A DNA stretch of 64,000 bases, from NCBI GenBank assembly GCA_045047305.1, contig JASFYO010000021.1, forward strand, positions 32,001 through 96,000, read 5' to 3'. This document shows, piece after piece, positions 47,625 to 58,045 of the stretch. The DNA comes from Planctomycetota bacterium. GTDB lineage: Bacteria > Planctomycetota > UBA1135. The notes beneath the pieces are model-generated. The model worked only from the letters and a program-made list of their open reading frames with translations, was not told the DNA's origin and ran no database searches. The position numbers and the translations under genes were made by a program. Position 1 is the first letter of the stretch; the number at the start of each line of letters is the position of its first letter.

Positions 47625-49069
47625 ACGTCGAATCCGCCTATAGGTGCTATCAGCTTCAACGCAGGTGGGATTCCCACGGCAATCGCTTCAGGCATGTTGA
47701 ATGCTGCATCCCGTTGAGCGACCAGGGATTTGCCGTTGTAGGAAACTAAATCAACGGGGACTTCAAGGCCTGGTTTACATCCAGGCTCGGCTGGCAACAG
47801 GGCATAGTGACCGTTTTGGGTACGCCCCAACCAGAACCCTGGGTTCCGCTCCGATTCTCGCTCTAATAAAAGGCGCGAACTAGTTCCGACGTGTGTCGGT
47901 GTCCTTTGGTGCGCAATCCTTCGCTGGATCTCTAAGAGACGATGATTGCGTCGCGCCTTCAATTTCTTCGGGACATCGTCCTCCATATTGAATGCGGTGG
48001 TGCCGGGCCGTGGCGAATATTGAAATACATAGCTTTGCAAGAATTGGAATTCCTCCATAGCCACCTCACTTTGGGTGAAATCCTCATCCGTTTCCCCTGG
48101 GAAACCAACAATCCAATCGCTGATTAATTCCAAGTCGGGCATGGCCTGCCGCAGGAGTTCAACCTTTTTACGATACAACTCCACCGAATAACCACGCTTC
48201 ATTTGACGCAAGACTGGGTCGCTGCCAGATTGCATCGGGATAGGCAGGAAACGCATGAACTTGGTGGATCGAGCCATGGCATCGGCAAGTTTTTGGTCCA
48301 CATAACTAGGATGCAAAGTGACCATGCGGATACGCTTTAGCGCATCGATACCTTCCAGGGCATCTAAAAGGCCAGCCAAATCGGGACGATCACCACGCGG
48401 CAAATCCCGGCCATAAGAATCAATGGTTTGGCCCAAGAGATGGACCTCGGTGACTCCCATTTCAGCCAGGCGTCGGATTTCGTTGACGATAGATTCTGGG
48501 GAGCGACTCTCCACTCTTCCGCGCACACTCGGGACAATGCAATAGGTGCAATTCATATCGCAACCCCGCATCACAGCCACGTGCGCCTGATAATCCTCCA
48601 CCCTACCTGTCAAGTCACGCTCTTCTTGATCCACGTGACTCTCTGCTTCACCCAACAGGCAAACGCGTTTTTCACCACCAATCACCTGATCAATCAAATC
48701 GGCAATCTTCGGGAAGTGTCGCGAGCCGCAAACAATATCAACATGCGGTTCGCGGTCGAATAATTCCTTGCCTTCGCGGTCGGCCATACAACCAATGACT
48801 GCAATCACCACATTGGGATCTGCTTTCTTAACCCGCCGCAACTCCCCCAGCAACCCATGTACTCGTTCCTCTGCTTGTTCGCGTACGGAGCAAGTGTGGA
48901 ATAAAAACACCGAAGCTTCATCGGTGTTTTCTGTAGGCGTCCAACCACGCCCTTCCAAGGAAGCATTCATCAGCTCCCCGTCGTATACGTTCATTTGACA
49001 GCCGAACACCCGCAGCTTAAAGCTACGGGTGCGTTGGATCGGCGCCGCTGGCGTTTGCAAATCAGTCAT
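47621..49069 (-). CDS. miaB: tRNA methylthiotransferase
   Basis: FGCQMNVYD, TCSVRE.AE, GCMA, CDMNCTYCIVP, QSGS, IVGFPGET, YSPRPGT. Confidence 0.95.
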   Translation of the reverse strand: MTDLQTPAAPIQRTRSFKLRVFGCQMNVYDGELMNASLEGRGWTPTENTDEASVFLFHTCSVREQAEERVHGLLGELRRVKKADPNVVIAVIGCMADREGKELFDREPHVDIVCGSRHFPKIADLIDQVIGGEKRVCLLGEAESHVDQEERDLTGRVEDYQAHVAVMRGCDMNCTYCIVPSVRGRVESRSPESIVNEIRRLAEMGVTEVHLLGQTIDSYGRDLPRGDRPDLAGLLDALEGIDALKRIRMVTLHPSYVDQKLADAMARSTKFMRFLPIPMQSGSDPVLRQMKRGYSVELYRKKVELLRQAMPDLELISDWIVGFPGETDEDFTQSEVAMEEFQFLQSYVFQYSPRPGTTAFNMEDDVPKKLKARRNHRLLEIQRRIAHQRTPTHVGTSSRLLLERESERNPGFWLGRTQNGHYALLPAEPGCKPGLEVPVDLVSYNGKSLVAQRDAAFNMPEAIAVGIPPALKLIAPIGGFDV

Positions 49070-49730
49070 TGGAAACGGTTTGTAAGACTTCAATTTCACA
49101 CCCGGGGCCGACTTCGATGTCGTCGCCATCGTCGAAATTGATACCGGTTTCTTCTTCGATGTCCGCGCGTAAGTAACGATGGGTGGTGCCATCCGCAGTG
49201 AGGTAAATCAAAGCTGTACGGTGAATCATGTGGGCATCAGAAACGATCGCGGTGCTGCCAGGATTCTTTCTCAGACGAGAACGCATAGAGCGATCATTGC
49301 CGGTGGTGAACCCAGCATAACTGGTATAGCCAGGGCCAATTGCATCCCAGTCGTTCAGGTATTCCACAATGGACAGGTCTTCATCTTCAATTCCTTGTAG
49401 ATAGGCCACGTCATCGAAGGATTCAGAAGGACTGAAGTACATTTTGGCCTGCTGATCGACCTTCTCCACCATGCCATCTTTCCATGGACGTAAGAAAAAC
49501 TTTTGCCCTGATTCACGGGGCCATGACTGACCATGATCCATTTGGTAATCAAGAAGCGTGGTGTAAATTCGCTTCATGTTGGCTTCAGAGCCAGTCATGT
49601 TTGCCTTATCAATCCAAGCTGGAGCCGACTGCACGAGGAAAGTACTGAGGATGCCGATGATCATGATTACGATCATCATTTCCATCAGAGTGAAGCCGCG
49701 ACGCAGCCCGGAGTAGATAAGACTTTTCAT
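49062..49730 (-). CDS. Orphan prepilin-type N-terminal cleavage/methylation protein
   Basis: RRG|FTLMEMMIVIMIIGIL; planctomycete-like C-terminal H....YLTADG.T motif. Confidence 0.85.
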   Translation of the reverse strand: MKSLIYSGLRRGFTLMEMMIVIMIIGILSTFLVQSAPAWIDKANMTGSEANMKRIYTTLLDYQMDHGQSWPRESGQKFFLRPWKDGMVEKVDQQAKMYFSPSESFDDVAYLQGIEDEDLSIVEYLNDWDAIGPGYTSYAGFTTGNDRSMRSRLRKNPGSTAIVSDAHMIHRTALIYLTADGTTHRYLRADIEEETGINFDDGDDIEVGPGCEIEVLQTVSND

Positions 49731-49736
49731 TTTGAA

Positions 49737-51011
49737 CTAGGTTCCTTGGGAGTAATCGGTTGCGTATGCAATCTGCTCTGGCGTGAGCACGTCGAGGCCG
49801 AGTCCCATCGAATCCATCTTGATTTTGGCAATCTCTTGGTCGAGTTCTGCAGGCAGTTCATGCACACCATTACCAAGATCCTTGCCGCGATCGGCGAGCA
49901 TCATCATGGCTTGGAACTGGTTGGCGAAACTCATGTCCATCACTTCCGATGGATGCCCTTCCGCAGCAGCCAAGTTCACCAAACGACCTTCAGCAAGCAC
50001 GTAAATGCGGTTGCCGTTGTTCATGGTGTACTCAATGCAGTTGTCGCGCATTTCGCGCTTCGACTTAGTAATGGAGTTGAGGTCTTCAAGGTTCAACTCA
50101 CAATCGTAGTGACCGGTGTTACATACGATGGCGCCATCTTTCATGGACTCAAAGTGACGCTTGACGATGACGTCTTTCATACCAGTGGTGGTAATGAAAA
50201 CATCGCCTACGTTGGCAGCTTCATCCATGGTCATGACGCGGACGCCTTCCAAAGTTGCCTTCAATGCGGCGGTTGCTTTGACCTCTGTGGCAATCACGTT
50301 TGCACCCATGCCTTTGGCGCGCATGGCACAACCTTTACCGCAGTGACCGTAGCCAGCAGTGACGAAGTTCTTACCAGCAAGCAGTACCGAAGTAGCGCGC
50401 AGGATTCCATCCAAAGAGGATTGGCCGGTGCCGTAAACGTTATCGAAGTCCCACTTGGTCTCTGCATCGTTGACTGCAATGACTGGGTACATCAACTTGC
50501 CATCGGCTGCCATGGCACGCAAACGGTGAACGCCGGTGGTGGTCTCTTCCGAACCACCGATGATGCCGTCGAACAATTCTGGGTGCTCAAAGTGCACGCG
50601 GAAAATTAAGTCGGCGCCATCGTCAAGAGTCAGGGTCGGCTTAAAATCCAAGGTGCGGTCGATGGACCAGTAAAACTCCTCGGTGCTTTGGCCGTACCAG
50701 GCGAACATGCGAATGCCTTCTTCTGCTAGAGCAGCGGCAACAGCATCGTGGGTGGAAAGTGGGTTACAACCCGACCAAGCCACTTCTGCGCCCGCTGCCA
50801 CAAGGGTGCGGATCAGAACTGCGGTTTCCTTGGTGACGTGTAGGCAACCGGTAATACGCTGGCCTTTCAGCGGTTGGGTTTTGGCGAACTTCTCGCGAAG
50901 CTGCATCAAAACAGGCATGCGGGACTCAGCCCAATCAATGAGGAGACGCCCCTCTTCCGCTAGGGAAAGGTCGGCGACTTTGAATTTAAGGTCTTCTGCG
51001 GTGGTGCTCAT
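49737..51011 (-). CDS. ahcY: S-adenosylhomocysteine hydrolase
   Basis: GCLHVT, CNPLST, EETTTGV, K..FDNVYGTGQS, GHPSEVMDMSF. Confidence 0.98.
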   Translation of the reverse strand: MSTTAEDLKFKVADLSLAEEGRLLIDWAESRMPVLMQLREKFAKTQPLKGQRITGCLHVTKETAVLIRTLVAAGAEVAWSGCNPLSTHDAVAAALAEEGIRMFAWYGQSTEEFYWSIDRTLDFKPTLTLDDGADLIFRVHFEHPELFDGIIGGSEETTTGVHRLRAMAADGKLMYPVIAVNDAETKWDFDNVYGTGQSSLDGILRATSVLLAGKNFVTAGYGHCGKGCAMRAKGMGANVIATEVKATAALKATLEGVRVMTMDEAANVGDVFITTTGMKDVIVKRHFESMKDGAIVCNTGHYDCELNLEDLNSITKSKREMRDNCIEYTMNNGNRIYVLAEGRLVNLAAAEGHPSEVMDMSFANQFQAMMMLADRGKDLGNGVHELPAELDQEIAKIKMDSMGLGLDVLTPEQIAYATDYSQGT

Positions 51012-51019
51012 GGTTGTAT

Positions 51020-52237
51020 TTAGCAACTCGCCTTGAGGTTAGCCAAGGACTGGAGTTCGGTCACGAGATCTAGTTTCTCCCAAGGGAAAAGATCACGGCC
51101 GAAGTGGCCATGGGAGGCCGATTTACGATAGGTCCAGCCATTTGGATCGGTGTACCCGGTTGGGTGACGCAGATCCAGACGACCAATGATCCAATCAGGG
51201 GTAAATGCATTGCAGCCTTTCCACGCTTCTAAATTGCGTAGATGTTGCTCAATGGCTGTGTCGGACAGTCCGGTCGAGGTCCCGAAGGTGTCGACGCGGA
51301 CGGAAACCGGTTCGGCTACGCCAATCGCGTAAGCCAATTGCACTTCGCATCGCTCAGCCATCCCGGCAGCGACGACATTTTTCGCAACCCAACGCGCTGC
51401 ATAAGCTGCAGAACGGTCCACTTTCGTGCAGTCCTTTCCGGAGAAAGCTCCACCACCGTGGCGTGCATAGCCACCGTAAGTGTCGACGATGATTTTACGA
51501 CCGGTAAGCCCCGCATCTCCGTGCGGACCGCCAACCACAAACTTGCCGGTAGGGTTGATGTGGAACTCCGTATCGTTGGTGATCCATTTCTCCGGCAAAA
51601 TCGGACGCACGATGACTTCTTCTACTGCCTCACGGATGATGTCGATGGAGATGTCTTCCGTTTGCGTAGACAGCACAACGGCTTCGATACCAACGGGCTC
51701 GTTGCCTTCGTAAACGAAAGTAACTTGAGCTTTGGCATCGGGACGTAGCCAGGGCAACTCACCCGATTTCAAAACCTCTGCCTGACGTTCCACCAGCCGA
51801 TGAGACCAATGAATGGGAGCCGGCATCAAGACCTCGGTTTCCTTACAGGCGAAACCAAACATCATGCCTTGGTCTCCAGCACCAGTCATGCCTTCCGCGT
51901 GCCCGCCTTCGGCAGTGACGCCCTGACTGATGTCGGGGGACTGCGAATGGATTAACACATGAACACCGCAAGAATCGGCATCAAAACCAATGCCGGCTTG
52001 GGTGTAGCCAATATCACGCAAGGTAGCACGCACTTCTTCCTGGACGTCGACATAGGTCTCGGTGGTAATCTCGCCACCGACGACCACAGTGCCAGTGGTG
52101 ACCATGGTCTCACAGGCCACACGCGACATCGGGTCTTGCTTCATGCAAGCATCGAGGATGGTATCGCTGACTTGATCGCAGACTTTATCCGGATGTCCTT
52201 TGGACACCGATTCCGAGGTGAAGAGTTTTCGTTCCAT
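51020..52237 (-). CDS. metK: S-adenosylmethionine synthetase
   Basis: [42 protein letters not shown]. Confidence 0.98.
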   Translation of the reverse strand: MERKLFTSESVSKGHPDKVCDQVSDTILDACMKQDPMSRVACETMVTTGTVVVGGEITTETYVDVQEEVRATLRDIGYTQAGIGFDADSCGVHVLIHSQSPDISQGVTAEGGHAEGMTGAGDQGMMFGFACKETEVLMPAPIHWSHRLVERQAEVLKSGELPWLRPDAKAQVTFVYEGNEPVGIEAVVLSTQTEDISIDIIREAVEEVIVRPILPEKWITNDTEFHINPTGKFVVGGPHGDAGLTGRKIIVDTYGGYARHGGGAFSGKDCTKVDRSAAYAARWVAKNVVAAGMAERCEVQLAYAIGVAEPVSVRVDTFGTSTGLSDTAIEQHLRNLEAWKGCNAFTPDWIIGRLDLRHPTGYTDPNGWTYRKSASHGHFGRDLFPWEKLDLVTELQSLANLKASC

Positions 52238-52293
52238 GCAAGAAGTCCGGTAAAACGGCCGGGTCCGGGGGATTTCACTGGTGGCTAAGGACC

Positions 52294-53586
52294 TCAGAGA
52301 AGGTCTGCTTGGCGCAACGCAAGTACCGTACTTTGCGCTGCCCCCCGTTGTGATTCAAGGGCCTTGGCCCCGTTCACGCCGGTTTGCTTAGCTAAATCAG
52401 GTTGCCGCAACCAGGAAAGTAGGCATTCTACCACTTCTGCACTATCCATTCCCTCTTTCAAGCCACCTCCCTCTTTCAGATAAGCCACTTCCTCAAGGAA
52501 ATTTTCTGTGTGTGGGCCCACCACCACGGGAACCTCGAACACCGCAGGTTCCAACACATTTTGCCCACCATGCTCCAGCAAGCTACCACCAACAAAGGCC
52601 ATTTGGGCAATGCGGTAGATCATTTCGAGCTGGCCAAAGGCATCAACGACCAAAATGCTCCCTTTCTCGAGCACCGCTTGGTTCTCGCATTCGCTGAGAG
52701 CCACACAGGGAATATCCGCTGCGAGCCGCTTCAACTCTGGAATCAACTTAGAACATCGACGTGGGTGCCGCGGAACGATGACCAAAATGGCTTGCTTCGC
52801 TTCTGCATAACGTAACCAATGGGCAAGCAGTTCGGTTTCTTCAGGTTCATGGGTGCTTGCCCAAACCACAAAGGCAGCATTACCATCCCAGCGTGCCCAG
52901 CAGGAACGAGAGAACTGACTATTCTCTTCCCCAGTAGGAAGATTGTCGTATTTCAGATTCCCGGTAACCACAACCCGTTGATTTGGCACGTCCAGACCCG
53001 AGAAGCGCTCGGCATAACGATGGTTTTGCACACCGTACAGGGAGATTCGTTCAAATTGTGGAAGCCATTTCTGAACGCGGCGGTAACCCGCTAGAGAACG
53101 ATCCGTGATGCGACCGTTCACGATGGAAACTTTGATATCGCAACGAAAGCATGCATTCAGAAAGTTCGGCCAAATCTCCAACTCTGCGAGGATAACAAGG
53201 CTTGGCCTGACCCTCACAAGGAAACGTCGGCAGGTGCCGGGCAAATCCAGTGGGTAGGCCACCACCGGCAGATCGGGGAACAGTTGCCGCGCAGTCGCTA
53301 ATCCAGTCGGAGTACTGGAGGAAATCACCAAACTGCGGTGAGGGAATTGCCTACGCAGTTCTGAGACTAAGGGCTTCAATGCTTTGACTTCTCCGACAGA
53401 AACGCCATGTAGCAAGACCCGCCCCTCCGCTGCTTCAAGGGGGGGCGAGAAACCCAAACGCCCGGGCAAGCTACGCCGGAAACCTGGCACCCGCAAGGCG
53501 CGAAAAATTGCAAATGGAATAAGTAACAATCCCACGAGCACCAAAAGGAAATCGTAAAGAAGAAGGGCCGCCCAACGTCGGTTCAT
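52294..53586 (-). CDS. waaA: Kdo transferase
   Basis: [43 protein letters not shown]. Confidence 0.95.
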   Translation of the reverse strand: MNRRWAALLLYDFLLVLVGLLLIPFAIFRALRVPGFRRSLPGRLGFSPPLEAAEGRVLLHGVSVGEVKALKPLVSELRRQFPHRSLVISSSTPTGLATARQLFPDLPVVAYPLDLPGTCRRFLVRVRPSLVILAELEIWPNFLNACFRCDIKVSIVNGRITDRSLAGYRRVQKWLPQFERISLYGVQNHRYAERFSGLDVPNQRVVVTGNLKYDNLPTGEENSQFSRSCWARWDGNAAFVVWASTHEPEETELLAHWLRYAEAKQAILVIVPRHPRRCSKLIPELKRLAADIPCVALSECENQAVLEKGSILVVDAFGQLEMIYRIAQMAFVGGSLLEHGGQNVLEPAVFEVPVVVGPHTENFLEEVAYLKEGGGLKEGMDSAEVVECLLSWLRQPDLAKQTGVNGAKALESQRGAAQSTVLALRQADLL

Positions 53587-53610
53587 CTGGGTTTAGGCCC
53601 TCCTCAAGCT

Positions 53611-56424
53611 TTAGTTGCTACCGTGACATTGCTTGTACTTTTTCCCCGAGCCACACGGACAAGGAGCATTGCGTGCGACCTTTGGCTTGTGCTTATCTGG
53701 GGTTTGCTGACCATGATCTTGGCCGACACTACTTGCTTTCTCCATTTCCTCAGTGGTGTTACCCACAGCCGGTGTCTGACGCTTATTCGGTTGAGAATAA
53801 CCCACCGCGACTTGGCGGCGAGGTGCCCCTGGACGTGCCTGAGAAGTGGAACCTCCAAATTGAGGGTGTAATGCGTTTTGCCCTTCATATGCATTGCCGA
53901 GTCGTTCTTCGTCCTTGTTTGCTAGTTCGAAGCGCAAAATGTGATTGGTGACTTCATCGGCAATCGCAAACAACAACTCCTCAAAACGCTCCAAACCCTC
54001 ACGTTTGTATTCATTTTTCGGGTCAACTTGTGCGTATCCACGCAATCCAATGCCGGAACGCAAAGCATCCATGGTGTAAAGATGTTCCTTCCACTTTTTA
54101 TCAATGCAATTCAACAGCAGGAAACGTTCGAGGTGCGCCATGGCTTCTTCACCTGCGGCTTCTGTGCGTTCAGCATAAACCTTCTGAAAATCAGTAAACA
54201 GTAGACCTGCAACATCGTTGAGGCCCGCATTCTGCAAAATAGACGCCTCCCCGCTGTAGCCCCACTTGCGTTCCGCCCAAAGGCGGAAAGCTTCCCAGTC
54301 CGGATCGACATCTCGACCATCACCACCAAAGGTGATAGTCGCTTGATCGATAACCTGCTCCGCCATGGCGACAACTCGATCATGCAATCCTTTGGCATGT
54401 AATGCCATCTGACGCTGATTGTAAATCATCTTGCGCTGCTCGTTCATGACCTCGTCATACTCGAGCAGGTTTTTACGAATCTCAAAGTGATAATCCTCGA
54501 CCTTCTTCTGCGCTTTCTTAATCGCATTCGAAACCATCTTCGACTCCACCGGCTCACCACCACCCATGCCAGCTTTGGCAAGGAAGTTCTTCACCCAATC
54601 CTTGTAAAAGCGACGCATCAATGGGTCGTCAAGAGAAAGGTAAAAACGGGATCGTCCTGGGTCACCCTGGCGGCCAGAACGTCCGCGCAATTGGTTGTCG
54701 ATGCGGCGTGATTCATGACGCTCGGTGCCAATCACATACAACCCTCCCGCCGCAAGCACTTCCTCTTTTTCCAAATCATGAATGGAACGCAGTTCTTCCA
54801 AAACGGACGCTACCGCAGTTTGGTCGTTGATATCGGTCTTGCGTGCGGCAATTTCGCCGGGCAACATGGCATCGACATTGCCGCCAAGAACGATGTCGGT
54901 TCCACGACCAGCCATATTGGTGGCTACCGTCACTGCGCCCTTACGCCCTGCCTGCGCGATGATGTGCGCTTCGTTTTCGTGCTGTTTTGCATTCAAAACA
55001 TTGTGGCGTACACCGCGGCGATTCAGAATGCCCGACAACAACTCGGAGTTTTCAATGCTGGTGGTGCCTACCAGTACCGGCTGGCCATTTCCGCGCGATG
55101 ATTCAATCACATCCGCAATGGCCTTCCACTTATCTGGTGTTTCCAAATAAACCACGTCGGCATCGTCGAGTCGAGCAATCGGACGGTTGGTTGGGATTTG
55201 TACAACATCCAAATCGTAAATCTTGGCAAACTCACCAGCCTCGGTGAGAGCAGTTCCAGTCATGCCGGACAACTTGCCGTAGATGCGGAAGTAATTCTGA
55301 AAAGTAATCGTGGCGAGTGTTTGGTTCTCAGCCTTAGGACGGATGCCCTCTTTGGCTTCTACCGCCTGGTGTAAGCCATCCCCCCAGCGACGCCCTTCCA
55401 TCATGCGGCCGGTGAACTCATCAACAATGACAATGGTGCCATCCTTAACTACATAATCCACCTCATGCTTGTAGAGGTGCAGGGCACGCAAGCACTGCTC
55501 CAGAATGTGCGGCCATTCCATATTCTCTGCACCGCTATAAAAGTCATCGATGCCAAGCATCTTCTGGCCTTCGATAATGCCTTCCTCGGTCAACAAAGCC
55601 GATTTCTCTTTTTCTTTGACCTCGAAATGTTCCTCATCATTAAGTTTACGTGCCGCAGTCATACCGATTCGGTACTTCTCAGCGTTGCCGGTAGCGGGAC
55701 CCGAAATAATTAATGGCGTACGCGCCTCATCGATCAGGATCGAGTCGACTTCGTCGATAATCGCAAAGTCTAGGCTGTGCTGCACCTGGTCTTCAACCCG
55801 CGACTTCATGTTGTCCCGTAAGTAGTCGAAGCCAAGTTCGTTATTGGTGGCGTAGATGATGTCGCCGGCATAAACCGGATGCCGCTCTGCTGGGCTCATG
55901 CTGGACTGAATCGAACCACACTCTAAACCCAGGTATTCATACACCGGGGTCATCCATTCGGCATCACGTTTGGCAAGGTAATCATTTACCGTGACAACGA
56001 ATACCTTTCCCGCGAGCGAGTTTAAGTAGGCAGCCAACGTAGCGACTAAGGTTTTGCCCTCGCCGGTCGCCATCTCTGCGATGGAACCAGCATGCAAAAC
56101 AGCTCCGCCAATGATCTGCACATCGTAGTGGCGCAATCCAAGTGTCCGTTTTGCAGCAACCCGAGTGACCGCGAATGCTTGCGGCAAGAGGTCACTGAGA
56201 CTGCCTCCATCGGCAATCTCCTTTTTCCAGGCCACAGTTTGGGCTTTGATGTCTTCCTCACTCAGGGCCTCAGCCCACTCCTCGTGAGAAGCCACCTCTT
56301 TCACCAAAGGAGCCATGCGTTTGACCACCCGAGCATTCTGGGAGCCAAATACCTTATTCAAGGTGCGGCCCAAGCCCTCACCCAACCCCTTAAGGGAATC
56401 CGTTATCGCGTCAACGTCGACCAT
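53611..56424 (-). CDS. secA: Preprotein translocase ATPase SecA
   Basis: EMATGEGKT, DEVDSILIDEARTPLIISG, ATNMAGRGTDI, QLRGRSGRQGDPG, C-terminal CPCGSGKKYKQCH. Confidence 0.99.
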   Translation of the reverse strand: MVDVDAITDSLKGLGEGLGRTLNKVFGSQNARVVKRMAPLVKEVASHEEWAEALSEEDIKAQTVAWKKEIADGGSLSDLLPQAFAVTRVAAKRTLGLRHYDVQIIGGAVLHAGSIAEMATGEGKTLVATLAAYLNSLAGKVFVVTVNDYLAKRDAEWMTPVYEYLGLECGSIQSSMSPAERHPVYAGDIIYATNNELGFDYLRDNMKSRVEDQVQHSLDFAIIDEVDSILIDEARTPLIISGPATGNAEKYRIGMTAARKLNDEEHFEVKEKEKSALLTEEGIIEGQKMLGIDDFYSGAENMEWPHILEQCLRALHLYKHEVDYVVKDGTIVIVDEFTGRMMEGRRWGDGLHQAVEAKEGIRPKAENQTLATITFQNYFRIYGKLSGMTGTALTEAGEFAKIYDLDVVQIPTNRPIARLDDADVVYLETPDKWKAIADVIESSRGNGQPVLVGTTSIENSELLSGILNRRGVRHNVLNAKQHENEAHIIAQAGRKGAVTVATNMAGRGTDIVLGGNVDAMLPGEIAARKTDINDQTAVASVLEELRSIHDLEKEEVLAAGGLYVIGTERHESRRIDNQLRGRSGRQGDPGRSRFYLSLDDPLMRRFYKDWVKNFLAKAGMGGGEPVESKMVSNAIKKAQKKVEDYHFEIRKNLLEYDEVMNEQRKMIYNQRQMALHAKGLHDRVVAMAEQVIDQATITFGGDGRDVDPDWEAFRLWAERKWGYSGEASILQNAGLNDVAGLLFTDFQKVYAERTEAAGEEAMAHLERFLLLNCIDKKWKEHLYTMDALRSGIGLRGYAQVDPKNEYKREGLERFEELLFAIADEVTNHILRFELANKDEERLGNAYEGQNALHPQFGGSTSQARPGAPRRQVAVGYSQPNKRQTPAVGNTTEEMEKASSVGQDHGQQTPDKHKPKVARNAPCPCGSGKKYKQCHGSN

Positions 56425-56434
56425 GATGCTAAAT

Positions 56435-56475
56435 CGTCACACAGCTGACGGGATGTCAGCGTGTGAACGGCACAC
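56435..56475 (-). promoter_or_regulatory. Structured 5' leader of secA (alternative hairpins)
   Basis: Long stem CGT-CACAC-GCTGAC/GTCAGC-GTGTG-ACG plus a second competing CACAC copy at 56471-56475. Confidence 0.45.
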
Positions 56476-56516
56476 AGGATACGAGAAAGTCGCGGCCGAG
56501 AAAACGGCCAATCTGA

Positions 56517-56544
56517 GAGGCCTCAGTGAGGCCTCAGTGAGGCC
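56517..56544. repeat. 11-bp tandem repeat, 2.5 copies, with a palindromic core
   Basis: GAGGCCTCAGT GAGGCCTCAGT GAGGCC spanning the pyrD stop codon. Confidence 0.85.
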
Positions 56545-57439
56545 AGGAAAGGGAGCCACGCAACTCGCTCAGATTCAGCTTTTCTCGCTCCAAAATCTGC
56601 CTCATTTGGCTAGCAATTGCAGAAATAGCACCTGGCCGACGGAAGGATGCGGTGCCCACTTGCACCGCAGCAGCTCCCGAAACGATGAATTCCAGCACGT
56701 CGTCCGCATTCGAGGCACCTCCACTGGCGATTACCGGAATAGAAACGGCCCGGCTACATTCCCAGACCAAACGCATTGCCATGGGCTTCACCGCGGGCCC
56801 AGACATGCCCCCGGTCCCATTTGCTAGCACTGGCCGACGTTTCCGCCAATCCACCAGCATGCCAATCAGAGTGTTGCAGACAGTGAGCGCATCGGCCCCG
56901 GAGGCTTCGGCAGCCTTGGCGAAGGGAGTGATGCTGGTGACGTTGGGCGAAAGCTTGACCCAAAGCGGTTTTTGCGTGGCATCGCGGCAGGCACGGACCA
57001 CCTGTTCTAAGGCAGAGGCCTGGGTAGAAAATTGAATTCCCCCCTCTACATTAGGGCAGGAAAGGTTCAGCTCAATCGCTGCCACCCCTTCCATGTCGTC
57101 GAAAGCTTCCACCATAGCTACATAATCACCCGCTGAGTGGCCACCAGCATTCGCCACTACCGGTAATGGCAATGCGGCCAACTGCGGCGCGACGTGTTCG
57201 CGCCAATAAGCTAACCCCTTGTTCTCAAGACCGATGGCGTTAAGAACTCCTCCCTGAAACTCAGCGATTCGCTGTGGAGGATTCCCCGGACGAGGCTCAG
57301 GGGTGACGGTTTTCAGTACCAATGCGCCAAGGTCTCCTGGATGCAAGAATGCAAGAGCCGCTGGATCATGGCCGAAAGTGCCAGAGCCGGTGAGCAAGGG
57401 AGACTGCAGCTCCAAACCGCCAACCGAGGTGCGCAACAT
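56534..57439 (-). CDS. pyrD: Dihydroorotate dehydrogenase, family 1 catalytic subunit
   Basis: SGTFG, KTVT, GNPPQR, NAIGLEN, ELNLSCPN, KLSPN, GGMSGPAVKP. Confidence 0.95.
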   Translation of the reverse strand: MLRTSVGGLELQSPLLTGSGTFGHDPAALAFLHPGDLGALVLKTVTPEPRPGNPPQRIAEFQGGVLNAIGLENKGLAYWREHVAPQLAALPLPVVANAGGHSAGDYVAMVEAFDDMEGVAAIELNLSCPNVEGGIQFSTQASALEQVVRACRDATQKPLWVKLSPNVTSITPFAKAAEASGADALTVCNTLIGMLVDWRKRRPVLANGTGGMSGPAVKPMAMRLVWECSRAVSIPVIASGGASNADDVLEFIVSGAAAVQVGTASFRRPGAISAIASQMRQILEREKLNLSELRGSLSWPH

Positions 57440-57448
57440 GGCGCTAGT

Positions 57449-58045
57449 TTACTTGGACGCTTTGGCAGTTTCTTCGGATTCCGCCTGAAGCTGGAGCTTC
57501 GCCACCCCCGTAATCAACAACACAAAGCCCACTGAAATGCAGGCGTCGGCAAAGTTGAAAATGGGGAAGGGATGAAACGGCCAACCTAACCAGTCAGGCC
57601 ACCATCCAGGAATAGAGAAGTCGACCATCAGAAAATCCCGTACTTTGCCTGGCTCATCTAAGTCCCACGGCAGCCACGCGGACAGATTGTCATACAAGTT
57701 ACCCACAGCCCCCGCGATAAGCAGGGCTAAGGTGAACAGCCCCATGCGATTTTTATTGGCTTGACGCTTTACGAACAGAATGAGGACGCACACCGCAATC
57801 AAGCGAATGACAGTGAGAACCCCAGTGAATCCCCCATTGTTTCCCGCACCCCAAATCCCGCCGGAATTGGTAATGCAGTAAAACGAAAACCAGTCCCCCA
57901 AAATGGGGCGACTTTGATGGATTCCGATTTCAGAGAAGGCCCAAGCTTTGCTGCACAAGTCAGCAAGCAAGAGTGCCAAAACGAAAATCCAAAAAACCGG
58001 GCGCCGAAGTCCTTTGCGCGGTTTTTCTAATTGCGGGTCAGTCAA
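57449..58045 (-). CDS. lspA: Lipoprotein signal peptidase
   Basis: DLCSK, NSGGIWG, GAVGNLYD, VRDF, FNFAD. Confidence 0.92.
   Translation of the reverse strand: MTDPQLEKPRKGLRRPVFWIFVLALLLADLCSKAWAFSEIGIHQSRPILGDWFSFYCITNSGGIWGAGNNGGFTGVLTVIRLIAVCVLILFVKRQANKNRMGLFTLALLIAGAVGNLYDNLSAWLPWDLDEPGKVRDFLMVDFSIPGWWPDWLGWPFHPFPIFNFADACISVGFVLLITGVAKLQLQAESEETAKASK

Noticed and set aside
49533..50609. 358-aa plus-strand ORF
   Set aside because: Antisense shadow of ahcY with no recognisable motifs
52238..52293. SAM or SAH riboswitch upstream of metK
   Set aside because: Only 56 nt, and I could not match SAM-I/II/V, SAH or SAM-SAH consensus by eye; an Rfam scan would settle it
56517..56544. CRISPR-like repeat
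   Set aside because: 11-bp units with no spacers and no cas genes
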